Under the pieces are notes generated by a model. That model worked only from the letters and a program-made list of their open reading frames with translations. It ran no database searches and was not told where the DNA came from. 64,000 nucleotides of DNA from a virus. Numbering within the stretch: the first letter of the stretch is position 1; each line of letters begins with the position of its first letter. Location: the IMG/VR virus record IMGVR_UViG_3300032132_000001, positions 106,573-170,572 of that record; one strand, given 5' to 3'. Position numbers and translations under genes: made by a program. Shown in pieces: positions 42,424 to 51,991 of this stretch.

Positions 42424-43539
42424 CTACTCGTCGGAGTGGATCTCAGCGAGGAGGCCCGCCAGCTCCTCGTCGTCCTCTTCCTCGGTCTCGGTCTGCTCCG
42501 TGGCTTTCGTGGCCTTTGGCTTTGCAGCCTTCTTTGCTTTGGCCTTCGGTGCAGGTGTCTCTTCTTCAGGCTCGTCCAGCAGCTCTTCCGTGTCCTCGGT
42601 CGTGTCCTCTACCAGATTGTCGCTGGTATCGGCCTTGGTATCGACCTTGGTGTTGGTGTTTGCTGTGGACTTGGTGTCCTGCTCCTCGTCCCCGTCGAAC
42701 TCAGAGGTAGCGTCACCGTCGTCCTCAGCGAGGATTTCGTTGACGATCTCCTTGAGCTTCGCCGGGTTCCGCTCATCGAACTTGGCGTGGAGGTCATGGC
42801 GTGCATCCAAGATCTTCTGGATCTTGACTGCGTTGGTGCCACCCTGACCATCCTTGACCAGCGGCCCGAGTGAGTTGGGCAGGAACTTCGAGGTCTTGTA
42901 GTTGTTGAAGCCGCTTTCCTTCACGGCCACAAGCTGGAAGGTGTAACCACCCGGGTTAGGGGTTCCATCATCGAACTCTTCCAGTCCGGTCAGGTAGAAG
43001 ACGCCGAACGCTTCGGGATCATCCGGATCACCACCATCATCATCCTTGGCGATGGTCTTCTCCATGATCTCAGCGATCGTCTTGGGCAGCTGTACCCACT
43101 TCACCTGGCCCCGGAGTTCTTCCGGAGTGGACTCGTACGGCGGGAACCAGACGTTCACAGCATACCGCGTATTCGGCAAGTAGGTCTTGCCGATGTACGA
43201 ACGCTGCTCCTTGTCATCGGTCTCGCTGAAGAGTTCGAACCCGAACTCGCACATCGGGCAGTCTTCACCGTCGAAGATGCGCGGGCAGGGGTGGGGGCGC
43301 TTCTTGTACCAGTGGTATCCCACCGGGACGTAGAAGATTTCGTCCATGCCACGGGAGGCGTTACCCGTTGCGCAGACATCCCCTTCTTCCAGAGGTGGAA
43401 GGACCACCAACTTGAACTTCTTGGTGTCGCCTTCCTTGTCGATCTTGGGCGGGTACCATTCGTTGGGATCCCGTTGGTTGCCGCCCTTCTTGTCGGCCAA
43501 CTTCTTACGAATTCGGTCAAGCATTTTCTGCTTATTCAT
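42424..43539 (-). CDS. single-stranded DNA-binding protein, T4 gp32-like, acidic C-terminal tail
   Basis: Zn-binding region HWYKKRPHPCPRIFDGEDCPMCEF. YTFQLVAVKESGFNNYKTSKFL matches gp32 [22 protein letters not shown]. Confidence 0.8.
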   Translation of the reverse strand: MNKQKMLDRIRKKLADKKGGNQRDPNEWYPPKIDKEGDTKKFKLVVLPPLEEGDVCATGNASRGMDEIFYVPVGYHWYKKRPHPCPRIFDGEDCPMCEFGFELFSETDDKEQRSYIGKTYLPNTRYAVNVWFPPYESTPEELRGQVKWVQLPKTIAEIMEKTIAKDDDGGDPDDPEAFGVFYLTGLEEFDDGTPNPGGYTFQLVAVKESGFNNYKTSKFLPNSLGPLVKDGQGGTNAVKIQKILDARHDLHAKFDERNPAKLKEIVNEILAEDDGDATSEFDGDEEQDTKSTANTNTKVDTKADTSDNLVEDTTEDTEELLDEPEEETPAPKAKAKKAAKPKATKATEQTETEEEDDEELAGLLAEIHSDE

Positions 43540-43600
43540 AGCCTTTTGCTCCTTTTGCTGTTTGGCTATTCGGACTGTTTGGACTGTTTTGCTACGATCG
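43540..43600 (-). promoter_or_regulatory. 5' leader of the gp32-like gene with four tandem CAAAACAG-type repeats and AAAGGAG SD (candidate autoregulatory operator)
   Basis: mRNA sense: CAAAACAGTCCAAACAGTCCGAATAGCCAAACAGCAAAAGGAGCAAAAGGCT-ATG. Confidence 0.3.
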
Positions 43601-43639
43601 CTACGTTGCTCTTTCAGATACGTTTGTTCCCCACCTATA

Positions 43640-44149
43640 TTATATATTGCTCTGTTGCATTTCCATTCGTTTGAACCCAGCCAACGAACGGAGATGCTCA
43701 GATTTCATCCGCAACGCTTCCACGATCCCGTACAACTTGCTTTCGGTTCTCTTCTCTTGGATATAGGTCGCATCCAACTTGATCATCTTGACATCTTTTT
43801 CCATCAGGTCTTTGATGTCTTCGCGGCGCAGTCCAGCTCTAGTGCCGATTCCTCCGCCGGATGCGGCGATCTTCTTGCTCTCGTCCAGAAGCTCTTGCGT
43901 CACCATCCCTCTTCGCGCTTTGATTTTCCGCTCGATCACCATGACTCTGGCCCGTTGCTCGGCTAGAACTGAAGACCACCAAGCGAACATCCCTGGCATT
44001 TCAGTCAGTTGCTCTTCTAGGAGGTCATAGTCTATAGCTATGTCGCCCCGGAAATCTCTATCGATTTCTTCGCCGTTCGGGAGCTTGACCTTAATTCGGA
44101 TTACAGCTTTTGCGACATCTTCGTCTATTTGATCGAACCAGCTTTTCAC
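43640..44149 (-). CDS. hypothetical protein
   Basis: 169-aa ORF. Confidence 0.4.
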   Translation of the reverse strand: MKSWFDQIDEDVAKAVIRIKVKLPNGEEIDRDFRGDIAIDYDLLEEQLTEMPGMFAWWSSVLAEQRARVMVIERKIKARRGMVTQELLDESKKIAASGGGIGTRAGLRREDIKDLMEKDVKMIKLDATYIQEKRTESKLYGIVEALRMKSEHLRSLAGFKRMEMQQSNI

Positions 44150-45291
44150 TTTCTGAACTCCTTATATCGCTTCCACTTTCGCCATCGCTTCCCTATGCTC
44201 ACCTTTACCGGAAATACGGGGTTTGAGGACAGAACCCCATCGAACGGTCTCAACATCACTGGGAGCACTTCCTTGAGAACGTTAGATACCGAGGATTTAT
44301 CGCAAGATATTATCACGGAGTCATGCACTTCGGTGAGGATCTGATCTGGCATCATAGCAAATAGCTTGATCAGTACCAGCTGCATCGCATGGGCTACTGT
44401 TCCCTGGATGATCGCGTTGAAAGCGGTCTTTTCCCCGCTTTCAACGGAGAACCTGCGACCGAGTATCGTCTCAGTATAGCCTGTGTCTCTCATCTCTACT
44501 AGAGCTTCTTTCATCCAGTTGAGAAAGCCTGGATAGTACTCGAACACTGGGCTTTCCACATTGAGCGAGTACATGCTCTTGAGAAATTCGACTTTCAAGT
44601 CTTCACGGTTTGCTTCGTACCCACAATGCTTCTGCAGGTCTTCAGCTAGAACCGTATACGGATCTGACTTTTCGAAGACTGCCTGCATCTTCTCGTCTTT
44701 GGACAGGACTGAAGCAGCTCGGAGGTCCGCGCCCATCCAGTCGAAATGGACCAGATAATCTTCACTACCCTCAGCGATCCGGACGTCTGATTCTTCTGTT
44801 GCACCCTGAATGTTGAACCCGGAAGTGGAAGACCTACCGGTAATGGTGAACCCGTAGAGAGGTTTCTCAAGCTTCCAATCTACAATCACACCCCGGTTCT
44901 GGAGATGCTGATAGACTAGACATGCGTCAGCCAGTATCTTCTGCCATCTCGATGGCTTTGTCTTCTTCATCGAGATCAACTTGCTGGCGATGTACTTCTT
45001 AGCTTGCTTGAGGTCGTCTGGTTGCACTCTGAGGCTTGGGAACGTATAAGCGTCATACGTGCAAAAGGTGGGCAGATCTAAAGCCCAGATATGGGTCTTC
45101 ATGTCGTTGACGAAGACCTTTGTTGTCAGAGCTTCGATGACCTTCTGTTTATTCTCTTCCACCTGGTACAGTGACAGTCCGGTACCCTTCATGTACATGG
45201 GGTAGAACTTCACCGTTTTGTCAATGACCACGCCAGAAATTAACGGTTTCGGCGGGTCATGCTCATCGAAGAGGGTGTAGAGGAGCTGCAC
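44146..45291 (-). CDS. minimal family-A DNA polymerase (polymerase domain only, no exonuclease)
   Basis: Motif A HFDWMGADLRAAS, motif B region REDLKVEFLKSMYS, motif C EVHDSVII, O-helix-like AFNAIIQGT. Confidence 0.6.
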   Translation of the reverse strand: MQLLYTLFDEHDPPKPLISGVVIDKTVKFYPMYMKGTGLSLYQVEENKQKVIEALTTKVFVNDMKTHIWALDLPTFCTYDAYTFPSLRVQPDDLKQAKKYIASKLISMKKTKPSRWQKILADACLVYQHLQNRGVIVDWKLEKPLYGFTITGRSSTSGFNIQGATEESDVRIAEGSEDYLVHFDWMGADLRAASVLSKDEKMQAVFEKSDPYTVLAEDLQKHCGYEANREDLKVEFLKSMYSLNVESPVFEYYPGFLNWMKEALVEMRDTGYTETILGRRFSVESGEKTAFNAIIQGTVAHAMQLVLIKLFAMMPDQILTEVHDSVIISCDKSSVSNVLKEVLPVMLRPFDGVLSSNPVFPVKVSIGKRWRKWKRYKEFRK

Positions 45292-45353
45292 GACGTTCAG
45301 ATACGATGCGTGGGGAGCGGTTCCAGGACTATATAGAAGAAAGGAGACTTATT

Positions 45354-45566
45354 ATGAAAATGCACGTTCGACTCAACCCAGAGAACCCTTCGGCGATGGA
45401 ATCCGTCACAGAATATCTCGGCCGGATGGGTATTGTTATGCTAGAACAGCATAACAATCTTATCGTTATCGACATGGCTGGAGACCAGCTGAAACACTTG
45501 ATCTCTCACACGGACGTCCAAGGGGTAGTAAACCCGGAGAACGGCAAGAGCTACATGTCTAAGTGA
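45354..45566 (+). CDS. hypothetical small protein
   Basis: AAGGAG SD then MKMHVRLNPENP... The internal start of ORF 45306..45566. Confidence 0.4.
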   Translation: MKMHVRLNPENPSAMESVTEYLGRMGIVMLEQHNNLIVIDMAGDQLKHLISHTDVQGVVNPENGKSYMSK

Positions 45567-46035
45567 TCTTCCCGCCGCCCTGATTACCTTTCCCAAACCC
45601 AAAATAGCTGGTCTTCCTATTGCCGTGGCGGTCGTAGCCTATCTTCCCTGCATTGCGCAGCTTCTGGGCTAAGTCGTCCTTCTCTCCCGCCTGGCGCATA
45701 TGACCGTATGGGTCTTCCTTCATCAGCTTGTACAAGTTCATATCTCTTGTACAACCTTGTTTGTCTAGATAGCCGTCACCTCTAACATAGCTGACGACCT
45801 CTACACCGATCATAGTCTTCTTACAGACTACTCCGCAGCAAGGACACGAGATCTCCGGATCATCGAAGATTGAGTGGCGCTCTTCCCAGACTAGAGGCTG
45901 GGCCCCATCTTTCCTAAAGTCGATCTGAACCTTCTTCTCGATTTTAGTCTCTAGATGGAGTACCCCATCTTCCTCGACCTCTTCTACAGCGTCGGAAAGA
46001 GTGCAGGTTTCGCAGAGATAGTTATACCAGGGCAT
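45559..46035 (-). CDS. hypothetical Cys-rich protein
   Basis: 158-aa ORF. Confidence 0.4.
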   Translation of the reverse strand: MPWYNYLCETCTLSDAVEEVEEDGVLHLETKIEKKVQIDFRKDGAQPLVWEERHSIFDDPEISCPCCGVVCKKTMIGVEVVSYVRGDGYLDKQGCTRDMNLYKLMKEDPYGHMRQAGEKDDLAQKLRNAGKIGYDRHGNRKTSYFGFGKGNQGGGKIT

Positions 46036-47777
46036 TACTTATTGTATCTCTTGTGGCTCTCGGGCGACCACTTCATCTTGACACCGCTTTCTCCAGCGAC
46101 GAAGTGGTAAGACTCATTCGACGTCGAAGTGTGGGAGCTTGGGTTGTGTACCGGCTTCGGCTTATTTGAGGTTGCATCCAAGGCTGCTTTGTACCGATCG
46201 GATGTCTTGCTGTTCCATTTGCAGGCCATACAAGACTGGTGATCGTCAGAAGAAAGCAGCTCATGCTCTCCACAGCTCGGGCAAGCATCCTTTAGTCGCT
46301 CAATCCTCTTGGTCGGACGCTCTGCTGGATCAGTCTCAACCTCGTCAGCATAACCTACTATCGAAGCTAGATCCACCCCGATTTCCATGTTTTCGAATTC
46401 TTCGTATCGACCAAGCCCCGGCTCTCCAACTTCTCCAGGTTCCCCCTCGGGGCAATCGGTACCCGCAATCTCTGTTCCAAATGAGATTACAATGTCGTCG
46501 CTTGTTTCAACGAGAATCTCAGTAGGCGCTTCTATTTTAACTGGCGCTACAATAGAGATCTCATCAGAGATTGTGATCGATGGGGTATTGCAACCACCAG
46601 GTGGTGAGTAGACTGCTGGAGGTGGAGGGGTTGGCCTCTTTCTCTTAGTCCTGTCGAACATGCCCTTGCCATTGCAACGTGGGCAGGGAGGGTTATCTCC
46701 GTCTTGGGCTACCTTGGAGAATCCAGTACTGTTACAGAGAAGGCACTCACCAAGATCGCCGTAAATCCCTCGGCCATCTTCGTTGAGAGACTTGAACCGC
46801 TCCTGAATTTCCTTGTCAGAAGTCGGTACGATCGTCACACATGTGGTACCAGCATCGCCAACGATCTTAGTTGGAATTTCAATGCCAGCACCTAGCTTGT
46901 TCTTTACCGTCTTGGTCTTCTTGACATTCGTCTTGAATGCTTTCTTCGCACCATGTTTGTCAGCAAGCGGTGCCGTCGTATCGTATGGATCGATAGCTTC
47001 TTTTTGGAGTGGCGGTGTGACGATTTCTTTCGCTTCGTGGCGAAAGGGGCCTTTCCCATCCTCCGTTTTCTCAGCGATTAGGCCAAGCACGAGCTGGTCA
47101 GCCACTGCCTGTTCTTCTTTGGTGGGTGGCTTCTTTTTCTGCTTGTCCAGCTCCTCAGCGATCCTATCGATGTCTTCATTGCCACCGCTTAGTTTGTACT
47201 GTAGCTTATCGAACTTCTCTTGTAGTTCAGCGCGAAGCTTCTTCTCGTCGTTGACTGCATCTTCTGCAGTCGCCTTGATCAGTTGGTAATCGAGTTGAAG
47301 GTTACGGAGATTTTCGCGAGTCTCAGCTAGCTTGATTTCGGTAGCTTCTAGCTTACTGTTGGCGATATCGAGAGCCAACCTCTTGGAGTCTATAGTATCT
47401 TGAGCTGCATCGAAATCGCTCAGACACTTATTGAGTGTCACCCCTTGGGCGACCTTCTCTTCTAGGATCTTCTTGATTTTCTCAGCTTGCCAGTCACGGG
47501 CTCGCGTCAGATCCTTGATCTCTTTATCCTTGCGATCGATCTCCATAGAAGCTAGCCATTCTTCAAGCTCCATGAAGTCGCCAATCGGCTTATCTTTACG
47601 AGTATTCAGGACGCGGATAGACTCAGCATCTCGGAAGCTCATAAACTCCCCGCCTTCCACACCCACTTTAGTGCGGACCAGCGCGCCGTTGTCACCCAAG
47701 ATGATTACAAGGTCTCCAACTTCAAGGAAGAGGTGCTTCTTGACTACGCCTTGGTGGAGTGCTTCTTTTGCGCCCAT
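46035..47777 (-). CDS. large coiled-coil protein with DnaJ-type CxxCxGxG zinc-finger module
   Basis: Long coiled-coil N-half. ERFKSLNEDG...CLLCNSTGF...CPRCNGKGMF. Confidence 0.45.
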   Translation of the reverse strand: MGAKEALHQGVVKKHLFLEVGDLVIILGDNGALVRTKVGVEGGEFMSFRDAESIRVLNTRKDKPIGDFMELEEWLASMEIDRKDKEIKDLTRARDWQAEKIKKILEEKVAQGVTLNKCLSDFDAAQDTIDSKRLALDIANSKLEATEIKLAETRENLRNLQLDYQLIKATAEDAVNDEKKLRAELQEKFDKLQYKLSGGNEDIDRIAEELDKQKKKPPTKEEQAVADQLVLGLIAEKTEDGKGPFRHEAKEIVTPPLQKEAIDPYDTTAPLADKHGAKKAFKTNVKKTKTVKNKLGAGIEIPTKIVGDAGTTCVTIVPTSDKEIQERFKSLNEDGRGIYGDLGECLLCNSTGFSKVAQDGDNPPCPRCNGKGMFDRTKRKRPTPPPPAVYSPPGGCNTPSITISDEISIVAPVKIEAPTEILVETSDDIVISFGTEIAGTDCPEGEPGEVGEPGLGRYEEFENMEIGVDLASIVGYADEVETDPAERPTKRIERLKDACPSCGEHELLSSDDHQSCMACKWNSKTSDRYKAALDATSNKPKPVHNPSSHTSTSNESYHFVAGESGVKMKWSPESHKRYNK

Positions 47778-48232
47778 TATTCTTCTCCTGTGTGTTCCTT
47801 CGCTATATTTACTTCTCCAAGTATTTTGTCAACTATGAGTCGATCGATCTCTTCTTTCATCTTAGGCAACATGCGGCGTGATAAAGCCTGTTCGTGATAT
47901 TCTTGGTCACTATAGCTCTTGCCGTTCATCTGTTCTTCTAGAAGAATCTCGAAATCGATCTTGTCGGTCGATTCGGGCCAAGTATCGGGATCACACTCTG
48001 GGTCTGCCAAACGTTCTAGTAGTTCGGCTTTCTTTTTCTTCCAGGTATTGCCTAAGATGGCGTCTTCTGCGGCTATACTATGAACCGATATAAGGTCCTG
48101 CTTCGCTTCCAGGCTCCACGTTGTCCTTAGCTTGGAGTTCTTCGCGGAGCACTCGTCTGAAGTTATCTCGATCTTCACCGGTCCAAAGATCGGGGTCGCA
48201 TTCGGGGTCTGAGAGTCGTTCGATGAGTTCAC
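47777..48232 (-). CDS. hypothetical protein, tandem paralog of 48078..48521 (shared ERLxDPECDPDxW motif)
   Basis: 151-aa ORF whose N-terminal region overlaps the paralog's C-terminus out of frame. Confidence 0.35.
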   Translation of the reverse strand: MNSSNDSQTPNATPIFGPVKIEITSDECSAKNSKLRTTWSLEAKQDLISVHSIAAEDAILGNTWKKKKAELLERLADPECDPDTWPESTDKIDFEILLEEQMNGKSYSDQEYHEQALSRRMLPKMKEEIDRLIVDKILGEVNIAKEHTGEE

Positions 48233-48521
48233 GCTTAATACCCGGCCACGGGTCCTCCGTTAGTGTAAGGTTAATTACATGGAGAGGTTGAACCGGTGTG
48301 ATGTTGACCTTGACAGTTAATCTATTATTTTCTATATCTTCCGGTGTTGGTTCTACTGATTCTACTTCCACCTTTGCAGAAGATTCTCCATAGATTTGAA
48401 GATTCCGGAGAACTTCCATTATAGCTTCTTGATCTGTTGATGTCTCTATCAACGGAGACAGAGCCAGACGGCCCTTCTCATTTATTATGTCAATCAGCTT
48501 TTGTGGGTCTACTTTGCTCAT
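48078..48521 (-). CDS. hypothetical protein, tandem paralog
   Basis: 147-aa ORF. Confidence 0.4.
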   Translation of the reverse strand: MSKVDPQKLIDIINEKGRLALSPLIETSTDQEAIMEVLRNLQIYGESSAKVEVESVEPTPEDIENNRLTVKVNITPVQPLHVINLTLTEDPWPGIKRELIERLSDPECDPDLWTGEDRDNFRRVLREELQAKDNVEPGSEAGPYIGS

Positions 48522-49909
48522 AGCTCGGCTTTCATGGTCATTGTCGCGTAGTCCACCTTTGCACGCACAGTCTCCTGGTACGCACCGTTGCGATTCTTCG
48601 CGATGTAAAGCCTCACCCGTCCAGCGTTATATTCTTCCGGCGACTGGTTGATGCTGATCATATAGTCGATAGGCATCGCCTTACCATACGATTCGGCAAT
48701 CCGGTTCAGTCCGATAATGCCTCCACTCGTGTCCTCTCCGCCTCCTTGCTTCGCCGGGTTACGGTTGGTCTGCGTGGCAGTGATGACTAGGACGTTTTCC
48801 TGCGCAGCGAGGCCGCGCACCTCAGTGGTGACCTTCTTCTGACGCTTGTACTCTTCCTTGTTGTACTCCGCTTTTCTGGAGTTCATCAGCTCCAGGTAGT
48901 CGAGAATCACAACATCTGGATTCCACCGCTCCACACGCCGCAGACGCTTGATGAGGGCGTAGATTGTGTCTACGGTGATCTCATCTGGCGGGTATTCGTA
49001 GATCAGAAGGTCATCACCGTACGTGTTCTTCTGAGCGGTGAGCTTCCGCTCGATCTCACTCTTCTTCTGCTGTCGCCTGATGATCTGCTCGCCGGTCAAC
49101 GCACCCATGTAACGCCGCTTCGTCTTCTGCTCGGACAGCTCCAAGGTGATGTGAAGGACCTTGAAGCCCATACGGTAGTTCGCGATGCCAGAATTGACCA
49201 GAGCGATAGACTTACCAACGCCTGTGGGAGCCATGAAACACACGACCTCACCTCTGGTCGGCCCTCCGTCGTTGAGGAATCGGTCCAGGGGTTTGAACCC
49301 GCAGGTCAGTTTCTCTTCCAGGTCTTCTTGGAACAACGTAGGGATCTCTCTGAAGAACCAAGATCCACGAGCGGTGGCGTCCGTCAACCGCTTGGCAGAA
49401 TCGAAAATCTCTTCCAAGCTGTCATAGTCACCGATCTCATACCTTTCGAAGGCTTCCTCGGTGTACAGCATGCCGAATGCGCGGTTGCGCGCCCACTCGA
49501 TCAGGCGTGCCTTGATTGTCGGCGATTCTCGCGGGTCTGCGGCGCGGTCCAGGAGTGCTACGATGTCTTCGTAGTCATCATCTACTGTAAACTTCCGCAG
49601 AATCGCGTCCCTGACCAGGCCCTTGGTCGGGATGACATCATGTTGATCGAACTGGTCGTGAATCTCTTGGTAGATCGCACGAGCTTCCGGTAGTTGGAAG
49701 TAGTCTGGTTCAATCTGATGGCAAATAGACGAAAAGAAATCTGGGTTCTCAAGAGCAAGGGAGATTATCGCACGCTCTTCATTTGGTCCAAACGGGTGTT
49801 CTTGTTCTTCGTCTGACATTCTCTCATCCGGTTGTGTCTGCCTCGTCACATACGGCCACAAAGTCAGACGCCATCTTGATGATAGCACGTTCAAGATGGT
49901 CGATAGCAT
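48518..49909 (-). CDS. replicative DNA helicase, DnaB-like
   Basis: Walker A APTGVGKS. DnaB-family C-terminal RecA-like fold, N-terminal helical domain. Confidence 0.75.
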   Translation of the reverse strand: MLSTILNVLSSRWRLTLWPYVTRQTQPDERMSDEEQEHPFGPNEERAIISLALENPDFFSSICHQIEPDYFQLPEARAIYQEIHDQFDQHDVIPTKGLVRDAILRKFTVDDDYEDIVALLDRAADPRESPTIKARLIEWARNRAFGMLYTEEAFERYEIGDYDSLEEIFDSAKRLTDATARGSWFFREIPTLFQEDLEEKLTCGFKPLDRFLNDGGPTRGEVVCFMAPTGVGKSIALVNSGIANYRMGFKVLHITLELSEQKTKRRYMGALTGEQIIRRQQKKSEIERKLTAQKNTYGDDLLIYEYPPDEITVDTIYALIKRLRRVERWNPDVVILDYLELMNSRKAEYNKEEYKRQKKVTTEVRGLAAQENVLVITATQTNRNPAKQGGGEDTSGGIIGLNRIAESYGKAMPIDYMISINQSPEEYNAGRVRLYIAKNRNGAYQETVRAKVDYATMTMKAEL

Positions 49910-50525
49910 AATTCAGAGCATCGCACTCTGTAATTAGCTCGTTCTCAAGGAAGTACATTCTTGGCACAACAGTCTGCGCAGGTCGGAGTATGAAATTTCC
50001 ATTCCTATCTCGCTGACGCTGGTCTCCCTTGATGTCTAGGAAGTATTTCCACTGCCTTTGGTCTGCGGTGCGGTAGATGTTGGTTATCGTATGGCTTTCC
50101 AAGAATCCGATCTTGGCAGATTCTCGGATAAAGATGCAATCTCCTACGTTGAACACAGGAGATTGCTGCTGGCGGAGGGCGACTCTTGGGGGCCTAGATT
50201 CAAAATCGGACCCTACGCAGATCTCATCTCGCCGGTCCATCATCCGACCAATCTGGGCATCTAGTGAAAGCAAGGCGAAATCCATAGCTTCACACCCCGA
50301 GATAAGCTCGCTCTCGGTGAAGAAGAGTTGACGCTCTTCTTTGAGATCATTCAAGCCGCCCACAGTTGCTTCTGCGGGCGGCTTTTGGTCGATAAAGATC
50401 TGGTAAATGAACTTACCTAAACCCTTATCGTGGATCCCACCTACTTTATACGATTCTAGCTGTCCAACTCTAGCAGAAGATGCTAGGTACGCTAGATCAT
50501 TTATCCGAAACTTTGGTATTGGCAT
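49824..50525 (-). CDS. hypothetical protein with internal tandem duplication
   Basis: Two ~90-aa repeats (KFIYQIFIDQK...ESELISGCEAMDFAL / WKYFLDIKGDQ...ENELITECDALNYAI). Confidence 0.35.
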   Translation of the reverse strand: MPIPKFRINDLAYLASSARVGQLESYKVGGIHDKGLGKFIYQIFIDQKPPAEATVGGLNDLKEERQLFFTESELISGCEAMDFALLSLDAQIGRMMDRRDEICVGSDFESRPPRVALRQQQSPVFNVGDCIFIRESAKIGFLESHTITNIYRTADQRQWKYFLDIKGDQRQRDRNGNFILRPAQTVVPRMYFLENELITECDALNYAIDHLERAIIKMASDFVAVCDEADTTG

Positions 50526-51525
50526 CTTGATAGGCTTTTAGAATGTCGTGTTGAAGCAAGTCGTATACTTCCTCATTATCTTTTAGGAAGGATACCGCAT
50601 TCTGCTTGCCCATGCCAAGCTTGACGTCGCCGAAAGAGTAGTGGGAACCCCTCTTCTGGATGATCTTGTACTTCTCACCCATGTCCATGAGACAACCGCC
50701 AGCGCTGATACCATCGCCAAAGATGATGTCATATTCGCAGACCCGGTACGGCGGGGCTACCTTATTCTTGACGATCTTCACCTTGGTGCGGTTACCGATA
50801 GGAGAAGTTTCCTTGCTTCCCTGACGAACAGCTGCAATTCGCCTGATGTCCATTCGCAGAGTGGAGTAGAACTTCAAGGCACGACCGCCAGGGGTCGTCT
50901 CAGGGGAACCGTAGCCGAACCCGCCGATCTTATCCCTGATCTGGTTAATGAAAATGACCGCCACATTCGCCCTATTGATCTCCGCCTTAATCATGCGGAT
51001 GGACTTACTCATCATTCGGGCCTGGGCGCCTACCTGCTTGTCGCTGATGTCGCCTTTCAGCTCTTCTTCTGGCGCGAGAGCGGCAACCGAGTCGATCACG
51101 ATCACACCGACCGCACCAGATGTTGTGAGATGCTCCAACGTTTCCAAAGCCTCTTCGCCCGAGTCTGGCTGGGCGAAGATCAGGTCGTCCCAGTTCACCC
51201 CGATACCTTCGGTGGCATATACGGGATCTAGGGCGTGTTCAGCGTCGATGAACGCGGCAACTAAGCCCATCTCTTGTGCTTGAGCTACCACGTGGAGGGC
51301 TAGAGTGGTCTTCCCACACCCTTCTGGGCCGTAGATTTCGGTAATTCGGCCTCTCGGAATACCCCCTACACCCAGAGCGAGGTCTAAAGAGAGTGCTCCG
51401 GTGGGTATCACATCCACGTCTTTTACTTCTAGTTCACCTATCGTAACTGCCGCGTCGGCATATTTTTTATGAATCTTCTCGATCGCTCCGTCAATCTTGC
51501 TCCGCTCTTCTGCTGGAATTGCCAT
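50497..51525 (-). CDS. recA: recombinase RecA (bacterial type)
   Basis: Near-collinear match to E. coli RecA, including GRITEIYGPEGCGKTTLAL, FIDAEHALDP and IFINQIR. Confidence 0.9.
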   Translation of the reverse strand: MAIPAEERSKIDGAIEKIHKKYADAAVTIGELEVKDVDVIPTGALSLDLALGVGGIPRGRITEIYGPEGCGKTTLALHVVAQAQEMGLVAAFIDAEHALDPVYATEGIGVNWDDLIFAQPDSGEEALETLEHLTTSGAVGVIVIDSVAALAPEEELKGDISDKQVGAQARMMSKSIRMIKAEINRANVAVIFINQIRDKIGGFGYGSPETTPGGRALKFYSTLRMDIRRIAAVRQGSKETSPIGNRTKVKIVKNKVAPPYRVCEYDIIFGDGISAGGCLMDMGEKYKIIQKRGSHYSFGDVKLGMGKQNAVSFLKDNEEVYDLLQHDILKAYQDANTKVSDK

Positions 51526-51940
51526 CTGTAGTTCCTCTTTCCCTTAGGTAGGCCAGTGCTTTTTGCTTTTCGCTCTCTGAGCTTACTTGATACGGCAGGT
51601 TGTACTTTAGAAGAAGTTTCCGGGCTTCCTCTTCACCTACCGTTAGCTTCTCAGATACCGTGGCCACCATGTCTATATTATTAATATTCCTCCCCACTTG
51701 CTTGACTTGTCTCATGAAGTTGACAAGATCGTAAGCGGCTATTCGACGAATGTCCGTAACCGGGGCTACGACTATTGTATTTTGTTTAGCAAGAACCACA
51801 TCAACACCCATGAACCCTACAACGGACCAGTTCCCGTGAGGAAGGGCCGCTCGGTTTCTGGGTCCTGACAGAAAACGTATATTTTTGGTTCTTAGGATCT
51901 GAACTACGTCAAACTGGTTCCACATGGGTCTTGTGCTCAA
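51491..51940 (-). CDS. hypothetical protein
   Basis: 149-aa ORF. Confidence 0.35.
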   Translation of the reverse strand: MSTRPMWNQFDVVQILRTKNIRFLSGPRNRAALPHGNWSVVGFMGVDVVLAKQNTIVVAPVTDIRRIAAYDLVNFMRQVKQVGRNINNIDMVATVSEKLTVGEEEARKLLLKYNLPYQVSSESEKQKALAYLRERGTTDGNSSRRAEQD

Positions 51941-51991
51941 AAATATTTGTGCTGATATATATCGTCGTACGGCAATTTCCGGGAAGGTACG

